32,000 bases of DNA from the NCBI RefSeq assembly GCF_040372045.1, contig NZ_BAABWH010000005.1, one strand, 5' to 3'. The notes under the pieces are model-generated. The model ran no database searches, had not been told where the DNA came from, and saw nothing but the letters and a program-made list of their open reading frames with translations. This document shows positions 1 through 9,594 of this stretch, in pieces. This DNA is from Thalassolituus maritimus (GTDB lineage Bacteria > Pseudomonadota > Gammaproteobacteria > Pseudomonadales > Oceanobacteraceae). A program made the position numbers and the translations under genes. The number at the start of each line of letters is the position of its first letter. Positions within the stretch are counted from its first letter, which is position 1.

Positions 1-462
1 CAGCATATTGCCCGATGGCGAGGCTACGTTATTTTCGAGAGTGGCTGTACTTCCATTCGCCTTGAGCGTTGCAATCACACCATTGCCCAGAGAGTGCGCA
101 TGCGCAGGCACCTCATTCGTCGACTCCTGACCTACTTGCTGACCCTGCCTGTAGTTACTCAGACCAGGTCCCTGCCCCGCATTGACCGCGACACGACCAC
201 GCAGGTCGGGCAAGCCGAAGGTTGTTCTACCGTCACCACCGTACATGGTTCCTAATAGAGAAAAGAGAGCAGAGTTCTGTGAAATAGCCATTAACTGGCC
301 GTCAGCACTGGCCCAGCCTCTTGGGCAAAAGTTACCAGCAAACCACATAACCTCACCGAGGAATGGCTCTGCCGCCGCGTGCGCCTTAGATACCGTTACT
401 CCGCTTACCAGAGCGGTAGCAAGCAGAGAACTACATACGAATTTTGAGAATTGCTTTTTCAT
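1..462 (-). CDS. Exported phage tail collar / microcystin-dependent-protein-like protein (partial, runs off the left edge)
   Basis: Manual minus-strand translation from ATG at 462 (absent from the ORF track because it has no stop in the window): MKKQFSKFVCSSLLATALVSGVTVSKAHAAAEPFLGEVMWFAGNFCPRGWASADGQLMAISQNSALFSLLGTMYGGDGRTTFGLPDLRGRV... The 'FLGEVMWFAGNFCPRGWA..DGQLM.ISQN.ALFSLLGTMYGGDGRTTFGLPDLRGR' pattern is typical of the tail collar family, here preceded by a signal peptide. RBS-like AGGTGTCC lies upstream. Confidence 0.85.
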   Translation of the reverse strand, partial: MKKQFSKFVCSSLLATALVSGVTVSKAHAAAEPFLGEVMWFAGNFCPRGWASADGQLMAISQNSALFSLLGTMYGGDGRTTFGLPDLRGRVAVNAGQGPGLSNYRQGQQVGQESTNEVPAHAHSLGNGVIATLKANGSTATLENNVASPSGNML

Positions 463-774
463 AGGACACCTTCGGTCATTCACGCCGCGTCAACAGCCTT
501 GTTAGTTTTTCGCGACGCGCCTCAGCGTGTCCCGTTATCAATTCCGACTGTACTAAGGCGACAGCTGAGTTCAGCAATTACGATTAGAGAACAGTCATTC
601 TGTATATTTTACATACAAAACGTTACATTGAGTAGACAATAATTGGTCAAATAACAACCTGTCCCGATTTGAGACAGCCGCAAAGCATCAGGTGAAGTAG
701 ACGCGCAAACAGAGTGTCGAAAAGCGGTCGTGCAAAAGGAAGCGGTTGGGAGGCGATAAAAAAAGGGGGGGAGA

Positions 775-799
775 AATCCCCACCAGAACGGTGGGGATT
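775..799 (-). terminator. Probable Rho-independent terminator downstream of the DUF1329-like gene
   Basis: Perfect 10-bp stem AATCCCCACC/GGTGGGGATT with 5-nt loop. On the minus strand it is followed by TCTCCCCCCCTTTTTTT. Confidence 0.7.
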
Positions 800-809
800 G
801 ATCATGCGA

Positions 810-2171
810 TTAGCGCACACCGCCTCGGCGCAGTGCCGCTGGAGTGTAATCAGAGTAGGTACGTTCAAACTCGTACTGATAACCCGACTCTTCTTCGTTA
901 TCCAAGCCAAGGGCCAGATAGCGGCCTGAGTTCAGGTCGTACAGAGTTTCAATCGCGTACCATGGAACCTTACGATCGAAGTAGAACATGTTGTGCGACT
1001 CAGCCACACGCCACAGTTCTCCACGGCCGTCGTAGTGATCAATCTCGGTCGCCTGCCAGGTGTCCTCATCGATATAGAACACACGCTTAGCGTATACGTG
1101 ACGCTGACCATCTTTCAGGGTGGCTGTTACTTTCCACACACGGTGCAGTTCATAACGAGTCAGGTCCTGATTGATATGACCGGCTTTTACGATGTCATCG
1201 TATTTCAGACTGGAATCTTTCAGCTGATATGAATTGTACGGGATATACATTTCGAACTGGCCATTCAGCTCCCACTCATAGCGGTCTGGCGAGCCGTTAA
1301 ACATATCAAAGTTATCGGCGGTACGAAGACCATCAGACGCAGTACCTGGACCGTCATAGGCTACCTGAGGCGCACGACGTACGCGACGCTGACCCGCATT
1401 GTAGACCCACGCCTTACGAGGTTCTTTTACCTGGTCCAACGTTTCGTGAACCAGCAGAACGTTACCCGCCAGACGAGCTGGAGACAGTACATCCTGTTTA
1501 AAGTAGAAAAGAACGTTGTCGTCTTTATCTGCCTGGAAATCGACCAGATTATTACGGAAAGTGAACTCGTCTTTAAAGCGAACCACGGTGTAATCACCGT
1601 TCACTTGAGGAGTCACCTGACCAATAATACGGCTGACCGAGCCACCACGGTAACGTGTAATGTGGTTCCAGATCACTTCAACACCCGTCTGAGGGAATGG
1701 GAAAGGCACGCCAAAAGTGAAGTTGGCAATACCGTTACCGTCGTTCAACAGTGAGGTGTTTACAGCGTTCTTCTTGGTTTCGTCATAAACGGCCTGCGGG
1801 TAAGCAGCAGAACGTACCGTCTTGTAGACCGGCATTTTGTAAGTATCAGGATACTTTTCAAACATAGCTTTCTGACCATCAGTCAGATTCGCCGCATAGT
1901 CTTTGTAATTTGCTGCAGTAATCACAAACTCAGGTTTTTCACCTGCAAATGGATTACCCAGACGACCGTTTTTACTCACGCTCGCGGCGTCAGTGGCCAG
2001 ACCGCCAGTCCACGCAGGAATATTGCCCTGCGCTTCTTTAATTGCACCTACTGGAGTCAGTTCTGTACCCAGTTTGGCCGCCTGATCAGCACTCACACCT
2101 GCGTGTGCAGAGCCCATCAGGATGGAGAGGGCCGCAGCCGCTCCCCAGGTTTTAAATTGTTTCTTCAACAT
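810..2171 (-). CDS. DUF1329 family (LolA-like outer-membrane/periplasmic lipid-handling) protein
   Basis: 453 aa; signal peptide MLKKQFKTWGAAAALSILMGSAHA; YKMPVYKTVRSAAYP, GVEVIWNHITRYRGG, 'NFDMFNGSPDRYEWELNGQFEMYIPYNSYQL', 'VWKVTATLKDGQRHVYAKRVFYIDEDTW' are characteristic of DUF1329 proteins. Adjacent to a DUF1302-like gene, as commonly seen. Confidence 0.88.
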   Translation of the reverse strand: MLKKQFKTWGAAAALSILMGSAHAGVSADQAAKLGTELTPVGAIKEAQGNIPAWTGGLATDAASVSKNGRLGNPFAGEKPEFVITAANYKDYAANLTDGQKAMFEKYPDTYKMPVYKTVRSAAYPQAVYDETKKNAVNTSLLNDGNGIANFTFGVPFPFPQTGVEVIWNHITRYRGGSVSRIIGQVTPQVNGDYTVVRFKDEFTFRNNLVDFQADKDDNVLFYFKQDVLSPARLAGNVLLVHETLDQVKEPRKAWVYNAGQRRVRRAPQVAYDGPGTASDGLRTADNFDMFNGSPDRYEWELNGQFEMYIPYNSYQLKDSSLKYDDIVKAGHINQDLTRYELHRVWKVTATLKDGQRHVYAKRVFYIDEDTWQATEIDHYDGRGELWRVAESHNMFYFDRKVPWYAIETLYDLNSGRYLALGLDNEEESGYQYEFERTYSDYTPAALRRGGVR

Positions 2172-2203
2172 ATTCGGAACCTCTGTGTAACTTGTTCAAC
2201 TGC

Positions 2204-4096
2204 TCAGAATGAATATTTAGCAGAAAGACTGATATTGTCGCGGTCTTTCAACTGGTTATATTTGCCACCCGAGAAGTTAGTGTAGGACACGTCAACGGAT
2301 GTCTGGTTCAGATACAGGAATGACACACCCAGACCAACGGTCAGACGATCATCGATGAACTGTGAACCCGGCTCTGGGCCGTAACCTTTGTCATAAGCAA
2401 TCGACATATTCGGCGTCATATTCACACCAGCAAATGCGTTGTTATACGTCAGACCAGAGCGCAGACGAATACCACCGGACAGCTTGGTCGTGTAACCATC
2501 GTCGGTACAGTAGTCGGTATTTACGTTCGCAGAAGTGCCACCATCGATACAGTAGTTAGTATCACCACCCGCGGCGAAAACACCGTCGTTGTTACCGATA
2601 CCGTAAGCACCTGAACGACCGTAGCGAGCGTCGTCGGTATTAGGCAGGTCTGGAATATACGTCGCACCAATTTCACCAACCAGTGCCAGACGGTCTGCAC
2701 CTAACACGCGATCGAAGAACATGATGTACGTCGACTGGGCCTGCCAGATATCGAACTCGTCATAACCTTCGCCAATTTCACCGTACAGGTTCTCTGCGCC
2801 ACCGGCTTCCTCAGCACGCTGCTGATACAGACGACTCCATGGCACACCGTTACCAGCCAGAATCAGCTCAAAGGCATTCCACTGAATCGGCATATCTGGT
2901 TTGTAGCTGATCTCACCAGAAATAGACGCACCGCTCGCGGTACTGCGAGCAAACGAGATACCGGCAATCTGAATGTCTTCTGGGTATGCGATCTGATACA
3001 GCGGACGATACGTGTTGTAAGACGCGTCGTCATTCACTTCCAGGTTTGGTGTACCAGTAAGAACGCCCAAGCGATCCTGATTGGTAATCACGCCGTTAAT
3101 ATATGGAAGGCGACTGTGGATATTCATGTAGTAGAAGCCGAACTCAGTATCACCGAGCGCTTCTGAGTACCAACGCAGGGCCACACCATACTGGCCAGAA
3201 TCACTTGGTTCTTCGTCCTCGATTCGTTCAGTCACAGGGGCGACTCGACCCGTCAGTGGAATACCACTGTCAATCTCAAGCTCGCGCAAGGCAAGAATTG
3301 CACGTTCCTCGGCATCACCACCCAGGATTACCGGACCACAGCCGTCGGCTACGAAGTCAACAGTAGAGAAGAAGGTGCCGCACGGATCGCTGCGAGTGTG
3401 ATCCCATTCAAGCTGATAGAAGGCTTCAAGAGTGATCTCACCGGTCAAACCGATAGACGTATACAGCATGTTGACAGGCAGGAGGCCCTCTTTCAGTTCG
3501 GCACCAGGCTTACGGAACGCAGACGCGTCCACCGGGTTTACACTGTTAATACCACCCTGAATAAAGGTGCTCTCACCCCAACTCAGTACCTGACGACCCA
3601 GACGGACACTTACAGGAACATAGTTGATGTCGTAGTCAGCCCAAACAAAAGCATCCAACAGCTCTGCACCGAAGCCTGCTGCGTCTTTCGTTTCATCATT
3701 CAACGGTTTGAATTCCGTATCCTGATCCATAATCGCGTGATCGTAGTACGCACGTGCACGGAAGAAAGCACCGTAATTGCGGTAACTCATTTCCAGGTCG
3801 CCACTCCACTTAAAGACGTTGGTATAGATGTCGCCTTGGCCGTAGTTTAGTGTGCCGTCATCGTAGTTATAGGATGAACCGTATGTATTCTCGTTAATCA
3901 CGCTACCATTGGAAGTCATGATCTGACCACGATCACGCTCTTCTAAGCGCCAGCCAATACCATAGGACAGAGTGTTGGCAAGTTGAATATTCAACTCACC
4001 GACGTTGTACTCAATTGCATTAACTGAGGTTACAGCTCCTGCCATGGCCAGTGCCAGCGGAGTCTTTTTAAACATTGAAATCATTGCTTTTTTCAT
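2204..4096 (-). CDS. DUF1302 family outer-membrane protein
   Basis: ORF 2204..4114. The likely ATG is at 4096 (MKKAMISMFKKTPLALAMAGAVTSVNA), preceded by CGGAGA. Long beta-strand-rich protein with 'RLGRQVLSWGESTFIQGGINSVNPVDASAFRKPGAELKEGLLPVNMLYTSIGL', ending in aromatic 'KYSF'. Confidence 0.88.
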   Translation of the reverse strand: MKKAMISMFKKTPLALAMAGAVTSVNAIEYNVGELNIQLANTLSYGIGWRLEERDRGQIMTSNGSVINENTYGSSYNYDDGTLNYGQGDIYTNVFKWSGDLEMSYRNYGAFFRARAYYDHAIMDQDTEFKPLNDETKDAAGFGAELLDAFVWADYDINYVPVSVRLGRQVLSWGESTFIQGGINSVNPVDASAFRKPGAELKEGLLPVNMLYTSIGLTGEITLEAFYQLEWDHTRSDPCGTFFSTVDFVADGCGPVILGGDAEERAILALRELEIDSGIPLTGRVAPVTERIEDEEPSDSGQYGVALRWYSEALGDTEFGFYYMNIHSRLPYINGVITNQDRLGVLTGTPNLEVNDDASYNTYRPLYQIAYPEDIQIAGISFARSTASGASISGEISYKPDMPIQWNAFELILAGNGVPWSRLYQQRAEEAGGAENLYGEIGEGYDEFDIWQAQSTYIMFFDRVLGADRLALVGEIGATYIPDLPNTDDARYGRSGAYGIGNNDGVFAAGGDTNYCIDGGTSANVNTDYCTDDGYTTKLSGGIRLRSGLTYNNAFAGVNMTPNMSIAYDKGYGPEPGSQFIDDRLTVGLGVSFLYLNQTSVDVSYTNFSGGKYNQLKDRDNISLSAKYSF

Positions 4097-4115
4097 GATT
4101 TTTATTCTCCGCAAC

Positions 4116-6968
4116 TTAATTACTTTCTAGAACAGTGGTGTTAGTGACGGAATAACTGCCCAGAATCAGACTGACGGATTGACCCAACATTTCCAGGAAA
4201 ACCGCACTGTCATCTGAATTCGCAAAGGTGCTGTGCGTTCCTGATGCAAATCGTACTTCTGCACGCAGAGGCGAAGACAGATCACCTACAGTCGTTGCAC
4301 TCGTTACAGGCTCAGTACCAAGAACTGTCGTCAGGCCTTGCGTACCAGCGAGAGGCGCGTAGGCAGTGTCGATACCTGTTGGCAAGCCCAACGCAGACGC
4401 GAAAGCGGCATATGGGTTGGTACCCGCATCAGCAAAGTAGTCGAAGTTTGGAACCGTTGGATCGGGCAGATATACACCAGCCGCTTTGAATCCATCCGGA
4501 TAAGAAACACCCGAGGCATCTGATGGCAGTGCATTACCACCTACCATATTAAATGCCACAACAGGTGTGTCCGTGGCTGCAAGCATCGCCCCTGCATTCG
4601 CAGGATCTGCTACATCTACAGCAGACTGGAAGACGTACATGAATTTCTCAAAATTCTCTGTACCCTGAGCCACACCTGAAGCAGCCAGACCACCCACAAC
4701 AACCGGACCAAAAGATGCAGAGTTTTCCAGCAGTTTGGTCAGGTTTGCACCGCCATTTGCCAGAATCACACCCTGAACCTCATTCAGGTTGTCATTCGCA
4801 GCAAGAACCGCTGGAGAGTTGTTCACCGCTGCATAGGTTGTCGCCACAATGGCACCCAGTGAATGACCAGCAACGAATACTTTAGTCTCATCGAGTTCGA
4901 GTGCCGCCCCTGCGGCAACGACAGCGTCGCTGACTGCTTCGATACTGGCGTTCAGGTTAAGCAAGTCGACAACTGCCTGACGTACGTTGTCACGAGTTCG
5001 GGTGAAATTCGACAGGTTAATAAAGGCGCTGCCAGACGTACCTGCATCAGTTTCGCCGAAGTCCATCGCCACACGGGCATTCAAGCTATTCTGATATACG
5101 TTGCCATGGCGTTCTTTAATGCTGGCAAAAGTGGTGTCTCCACCGCCAACCTGAGCGGCAATAACACCTGCCCATGGTGACGAGGTATCTGCACCCAGAG
5201 CGACTTCCATGTTGAATGGAAGCAATGCATTAGCTACCGGCTGACCGTTATTATCGCTACCAATCGGAGCAATACCGTGCAGAGGCAAATCGATCGCTAC
5301 CGTTGCAATGCAGTTAGCTGCCAGACCTGCCGAATAAGGTAGAGCGTTGCCTCGGCTGCCAGTGATACCGTGGACGTACATCACGACCGGCACAGAAGAT
5401 AAACCTGAACAATCCTGTCCGCCTGCTGCACTATAATCAGCTTGAGCAGGCATGGTGATCAACAATGGAGCGACATTGCTGCTTTCCAACGGCTGTGGGA
5501 AAGGATAACGGTAAGTCACGTTCGTCGTGTCGTCGTCGTCTTTGGGTGGAGTAGTACCCGCTTCATTTCCAAGAGCTCCATCCAATACAGCACCCACACT
5601 GGTATTCGCAGACCAGTCTGGGTCCGCAGCCATTGCTGCGCCAATACCTTCAGCAGACAATTCTGTCGTAAGAGTAACGCCGCCCAGGAAGTCCGGAAGT
5701 TCGATCTGACCCTGATAGTAGCGAGTCAACGTATCTGCCGTACCCAGGAATGTCGCAGGTGACGCGCCATTACCACCAATAACACCGTCTACAGTTGCTC
5801 CATCAACAACAGCAACCGTCCGTTCAGAAGGACGATCAACCAGATCGTTGATGCTCACAGCTGCTTCTGCGCCAATCAAGCTGCTGATATCGGCTGAGGC
5901 AATTGACCCGTAAACCTGTCCCGGATAGATGTCCAAAGCCTTCACTCCGGCTACCTGTTCATCCGTCACTGCAGCGAGCTGCGCGGGATCATTTGGGTTG
6001 CCCATGGCACTGGCAACAGCTATCGAACGCGCAACGATATCTTCTAACTGCCCGCCAGCGAACTCGTCAGTCAGATCTTCGGCAGCTTCCAAAGTAAGAT
6101 TTGCCGCAATGAACTGCGCTGGATTAGCGTAGGAGGTCAAAACGTCCAGAGAGCCATCTGTTGTGAACGCGTAGCTCAAAACAATGTTGTCTTGCGACAG
6201 AGACCCGCCACTCGCTGCAGCCAGGAACTGTGCAGAGAGCGCCTCCCAACCCTGTACAGCATCACGCACAGGCTGCAATGCATTTGACGCCAGCTCGAGG
6301 TTACTGCTGACTAACTCATACTCGGCGGATGTTGCAACTGACTCGCCTGCGGCGGACTGAATGCCATCAGTGAGTACCACAAGATACTTAGTCTGCTTGT
6401 CCAGTGGTTTCAGAGGGGTTATCGCCACAGATGGCGTTGCACCGTCGTCTAGCTCGACATAACGCGCAGTGTAGTCAGTGCCAGCTACAGGCTGATCAGC
6501 AGAGAACGGTGACGACGCTTCTTCTGCATACACGCTGTTCGCCAGAATCGTGTTGATATCCAACGCATCAATATTCGCGTTGTCATCACTGCTCTTCAGC
6601 TCGATCAGAAAGACCGACTGGCCGGCAACCACGGAGTCGGCGTTCAGAATACCGTTGAACGGAACATAAAAAGTCGCAGTCGTAGAGAACCCTGGCAGAT
6701 CATTAATAGCTGTTGTAACGGGTGGTGTCGTGTCTGCCGTTGCTGCTGTGCCGTCTGTCGCCGCCGCAGTGGCAAAGACCAGATCGGTATTCAAGGGAAC
6801 CTGAGAAGTCGCAGGGGAGAATATAGGTGTGATTCGGGACGGAGTCGCTCCATCAGAACCAGAGGTTACTGCGGTTGTGTCTACTTTGAAATCGCTACCC
6901 GTATTACAGCCCGCAAGGCCTGCGGCTGTGGCTGCGATGGCCAGACTGAGTAAAGTCTTCTTCACCAT
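4116..6968 (-). CDS. Large secreted lipoprotein lipase/esterase (VolA / Pla-1/cef family extracellular lipase)
   Basis: ORF 4116..6983. Likely start at 6968 gives MVKKTLLSLAIAATAAGLAGC (lipobox). C-terminal alpha/beta hydrolase signatures: 'VPVVMYVHGITGSRGNALPYSAGLA' and nucleophile elbow 'VFVAGHSLGAIVA'. N-terminal Ig-like 'DTTPPVTTA..' and 'GILNADSVVAGQSVFLIEL' segments. Confidence 0.85.
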   Translation of the reverse strand: MVKKTLLSLAIAATAAGLAGCNTGSDFKVDTTAVTSGSDGATPSRITPIFSPATSQVPLNTDLVFATAAATDGTAATADTTPPVTTAINDLPGFSTTATFYVPFNGILNADSVVAGQSVFLIELKSSDDNANIDALDINTILANSVYAEEASSPFSADQPVAGTDYTARYVELDDGATPSVAITPLKPLDKQTKYLVVLTDGIQSAAGESVATSAEYELVSSNLELASNALQPVRDAVQGWEALSAQFLAAASGGSLSQDNIVLSYAFTTDGSLDVLTSYANPAQFIAANLTLEAAEDLTDEFAGGQLEDIVARSIAVASAMGNPNDPAQLAAVTDEQVAGVKALDIYPGQVYGSIASADISSLIGAEAAVSINDLVDRPSERTVAVVDGATVDGVIGGNGASPATFLGTADTLTRYYQGQIELPDFLGGVTLTTELSAEGIGAAMAADPDWSANTSVGAVLDGALGNEAGTTPPKDDDDTTNVTYRYPFPQPLESSNVAPLLITMPAQADYSAAGGQDCSGLSSVPVVMYVHGITGSRGNALPYSAGLAANCIATVAIDLPLHGIAPIGSDNNGQPVANALLPFNMEVALGADTSSPWAGVIAAQVGGGDTTFASIKERHGNVYQNSLNARVAMDFGETDAGTSGSAFINLSNFTRTRDNVRQAVVDLLNLNASIEAVSDAVVAAGAALELDETKVFVAGHSLGAIVATTYAAVNNSPAVLAANDNLNEVQGVILANGGANLTKLLENSASFGPVVVGGLAASGVAQGTENFEKFMYVFQSAVDVADPANAGAMLAATDTPVVAFNMVGGNALPSDASGVSYPDGFKAAGVYLPDPTVPNFDYFADAGTNPYAAFASALGLPTGIDTAYAPLAGTQGLTTVLGTEPVTSATTVGDLSSPLRAEVRFASGTHSTFANSDDSAVFLEMLGQSVSLILGSYSVTNTTVLESN

Positions 6969-7244
6969 ACATATACCTGTCATGTGTTGTTATGGTTATC
7001 AGATGCGTTGGTACACGCATCCCTTGCGTATATCAGCAATCACCTGACTATAATCCCGTGGCGTCACACCCTCATCGCCCGAAAGTATGATTCGCCTCCT
7101 TAAACCGGGGCATTTTGTATCTGATCGTAATCAAACATAGTTCAAATCCGCCAACCTACCAAACCGAGGGATAGGATTTATACGAGCCTTTGACATAGAA
7201 TAGTCGGCCTTTTAAACCAACCCACCCCGAGACAGGAGATTCCT

Positions 7245-8435
7245 ATGTCGTCCAATCAGGATTCCGTTGTAATTGTTGCTGGCGCCCGTACCCCTATGGG
7301 TGGCTTTATGGGCAGCCTCAGCACCGTTTCTGCACCCGAGCTTGGCGCAATCGCGATTGAAGAAGCCGTTAAGCGTTCAGGCCTGCAGCCTGCGGACATT
7401 CAGGAAGTCATCATAGGCAATGTATTGTCTGCGGGTCTGCGCCAGGGCCCTGCCCGTCAGGCGATGCGTAAAGCCGGTCTGCCAGACAACACAGGTGCAA
7501 CCACGATCAACAAACTGTGCGGATCAGGTATGAAAGCTACCATGATGGCGCATGACGCGATCAAAGCAGGTTCTGTTGATGTCGCAGTCGCCGGTGGCAT
7601 GGAGTCGATGTCCAAGGCACCTTATATCCTTGAGAATGCGCGTGGCGGTTACCGTATGGGCCATGGTGATCAAGCAAAAGATCACATGTTCTTTGATGGT
7701 CTGGAAGACGCTGAGACCGGCAAACTGATGGGCGCTTTCGCTCAGGACATGTCCGACAAGAAAGAATACACCCGCGAGCAGATGGACGAATACGCGATCC
7801 GCTCACTGAACCGTGCAAAAGCGGCGATTGAGAAAGGTCTTAACACTGCTGAAATCGTACCGGTTACTGTAAAAAGCCGTCGCGGTGAGACTGTTGTTGA
7901 GCAGGACGAACAGCCATTCAACGCGAACATCGAGAAAATCCCATCTCTTCGCCCTGCTTTTGCAAAAGATGGCACCATTACGGCAGCAAATGCTTCATCC
8001 ATCTCTGATGGCGCATCTGCTCTGGTACTGGCGCGTGAATCAGTCGCGGCCGAGAAAGGTCTGACTCCTGTTGCTCGCATTGTTGCGCACAGCACTCACT
8101 CACAGCACCCTTCTGAATTTACAGCGGCTCCATGTGGTGCGATTGAAACACTGCTGGCGAAGACTGGCTGGACTAAAGACGACGTCGATCTTTGGGAAAT
8201 CAACGAAGCCTTCGCTATGGTAGCGATGATGCCAATCGATGCATTCGGACTGGATGCTGAGAAAGTAAACATCTACGGCGGTGCCTGTGCACAGGGCCAC
8301 CCTGTTGGCTCTACTGGCTCACGCCTGATCGTGACCCTGATGAACGCTTTGAAGAACACTGGCGGCAAGAAAGGTATTGCTGCTCTGTGTATCGGTGGTG
8401 GTGAAGCAGTTGCCGTTGCAATCGAAATGATCTGA
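7245..8435 (+). CDS. Acetyl-CoA C-acetyltransferase (thiolase)
   Basis: 396 aa; 'INKLCGSGMKATMMA' active-site Cys, 'NEAFAMVAMM', 'GGACAQGHPVGSTGSR', C-terminal 'ALCIGGGEAVAVAIE'. Confidence 0.95.
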   Translation: MSSNQDSVVIVAGARTPMGGFMGSLSTVSAPELGAIAIEEAVKRSGLQPADIQEVIIGNVLSAGLRQGPARQAMRKAGLPDNTGATTINKLCGSGMKATMMAHDAIKAGSVDVAVAGGMESMSKAPYILENARGGYRMGHGDQAKDHMFFDGLEDAETGKLMGAFAQDMSDKKEYTREQMDEYAIRSLNRAKAAIEKGLNTAEIVPVTVKSRRGETVVEQDEQPFNANIEKIPSLRPAFAKDGTITAANASSISDGASALVLARESVAAEKGLTPVARIVAHSTHSQHPSEFTAAPCGAIETLLAKTGWTKDDVDLWEINEAFAMVAMMPIDAFGLDAEKVNIYGGACAQGHPVGSTGSRLIVTLMNALKNTGGKKGIAALCIGGGEAVAVAIEMI

Positions 8436-8453
8436 TTGCAGCGCTAACGAAAG

Positions 8454-8478
8454 AAGCCGGCTTAACGCCGGCTTTTTT
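8454..8478 (+). terminator. Rho-independent terminator after thiolase
   Basis: AAGCCGGC-ttaac-GCCGGCTT followed by TTTT. Confidence 0.85.
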
Positions 8479-8630
8479 GTGCCTCGCACATAGCGAGCTT
8501 ACTCAGAGAGTTAAAGCGACCGCGAGGGCGTCACAACAAGGTAAACATCGGCCAAAGAAACGAAGCTTACTATCGCTAAGTGAGTATTTTTTGGCCGATG
8601 TTTAACAAAGCTATGACAATGCAGGCAGGC

Positions 8631-9482
8631 TCAGAAGACGATTGTTTTGTTACCGTGAAGTAGCACTCGATCCTCCAGATGACTCCGCACCCCACGCGCC
8701 AGCACCGACTTCTCAACGTCTTTCCCTAAGCGCACCATGTCTTCAACCGTGTCGTTGTGACTGATACGGATAACGTCCTGGTCAATAATCGGCCCGGCAT
8801 CCAGCTCCTGAGTCACGTAGTGGCAAGTCGCACCAATCAGTTTTACACCGCGCTCTGCGGCCTGATGGTATGGTTTCGCACCGACGAACGACGGCAGGAA
8901 ACTGTGGTGGATATTGATCACCTGACCGACATATTGCTGACAAATCTCTGGAGGAAGAATCTGCATGTAGCGCGCGAGGACAATGGTGTCGGCTTTATGC
9001 TCTTCAATAATCGCAGTCACACGACGAAAGTGCTCCGCCTTATTGTCTTTGTCGACAGGCACGTGGAAGTACGGAATACCGTGCCATTCCACCAGCGAGC
9101 GCAAATCATCATGGTTTGAAATTACACATGGAATATCGCATTCAAGTTCTCCGCTGTGCCACCTGTGCAACAGATCTACAAGGCAGTGGCTCTGCTTGGA
9201 AGCCATCAGAATAACCTTCTTGGGAGCGCCACTATCACTCAGCTGCCAGCTCATCTCAAATTCGTCAGCAATCGGGGCAAATGCTTCCTCTAAGCCTTTA
9301 ACATCGAATGGGAGGGAATCAGCCCGGATACAGTGGCGCATAAAAAAGCGTCCACTCTCAGGATCTGAATAATGATTAGCTTGTACGATCCAGCCACCAT
9401 GGCTCGAAAAGAACTGGCCAACTTTGGCCACAATCCCCACCCTGTCGGGGCAAGAGATAGTAAGACGAAATACTCTTTCCAT
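8631..9482 (-). CDS. purU: Formyltetrahydrofolate deformylase
   Basis: ORF 8631..9497, ATG at 9482 (MERVFRLTISCPDRVGIVAKVGQFFSSHGGWI). ACT domain, then formyltransferase domain 'VLARYMQILPPEICQQYVGQVINIHHSFLPSFVGAKPYHQAAERGVKLIGATCHYVTQELDAGPIIDQDVIRI'. Confidence 0.97.
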   Translation of the reverse strand: MERVFRLTISCPDRVGIVAKVGQFFSSHGGWIVQANHYSDPESGRFFMRHCIRADSLPFDVKGLEEAFAPIADEFEMSWQLSDSGAPKKVILMASKQSHCLVDLLHRWHSGELECDIPCVISNHDDLRSLVEWHGIPYFHVPVDKDNKAEHFRRVTAIIEEHKADTIVLARYMQILPPEICQQYVGQVINIHHSFLPSFVGAKPYHQAAERGVKLIGATCHYVTQELDAGPIIDQDVIRISHNDTVEDMVRLGKDVEKSVLARGVRSHLEDRVLLHGNKTIVF

Positions 9483-9594
9483 AATGTGATATAACACTCA
9501 ATAACGATGGACATCAGCTTGCAACGGCTGATCAATCATGGTCAACTATTTGACGTTTTTACGCCTGTTCAGAACACCACACAGAGACGGATCT

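Noticed and set aside
759-772. A7/G7 homopolymer tracts as a possible phase-variable switch
   Set aside because: They lie downstream of the 810..2171 stop and form the C/T tail of the terminator on the minus strand, not within or upstream of a coding region.
3398-3850. Plus-strand ORF of 150 aa
   Set aside because: Lies inside the DUF1302-like gene on the opposite strand; composition is consistent with a shadow ORF.
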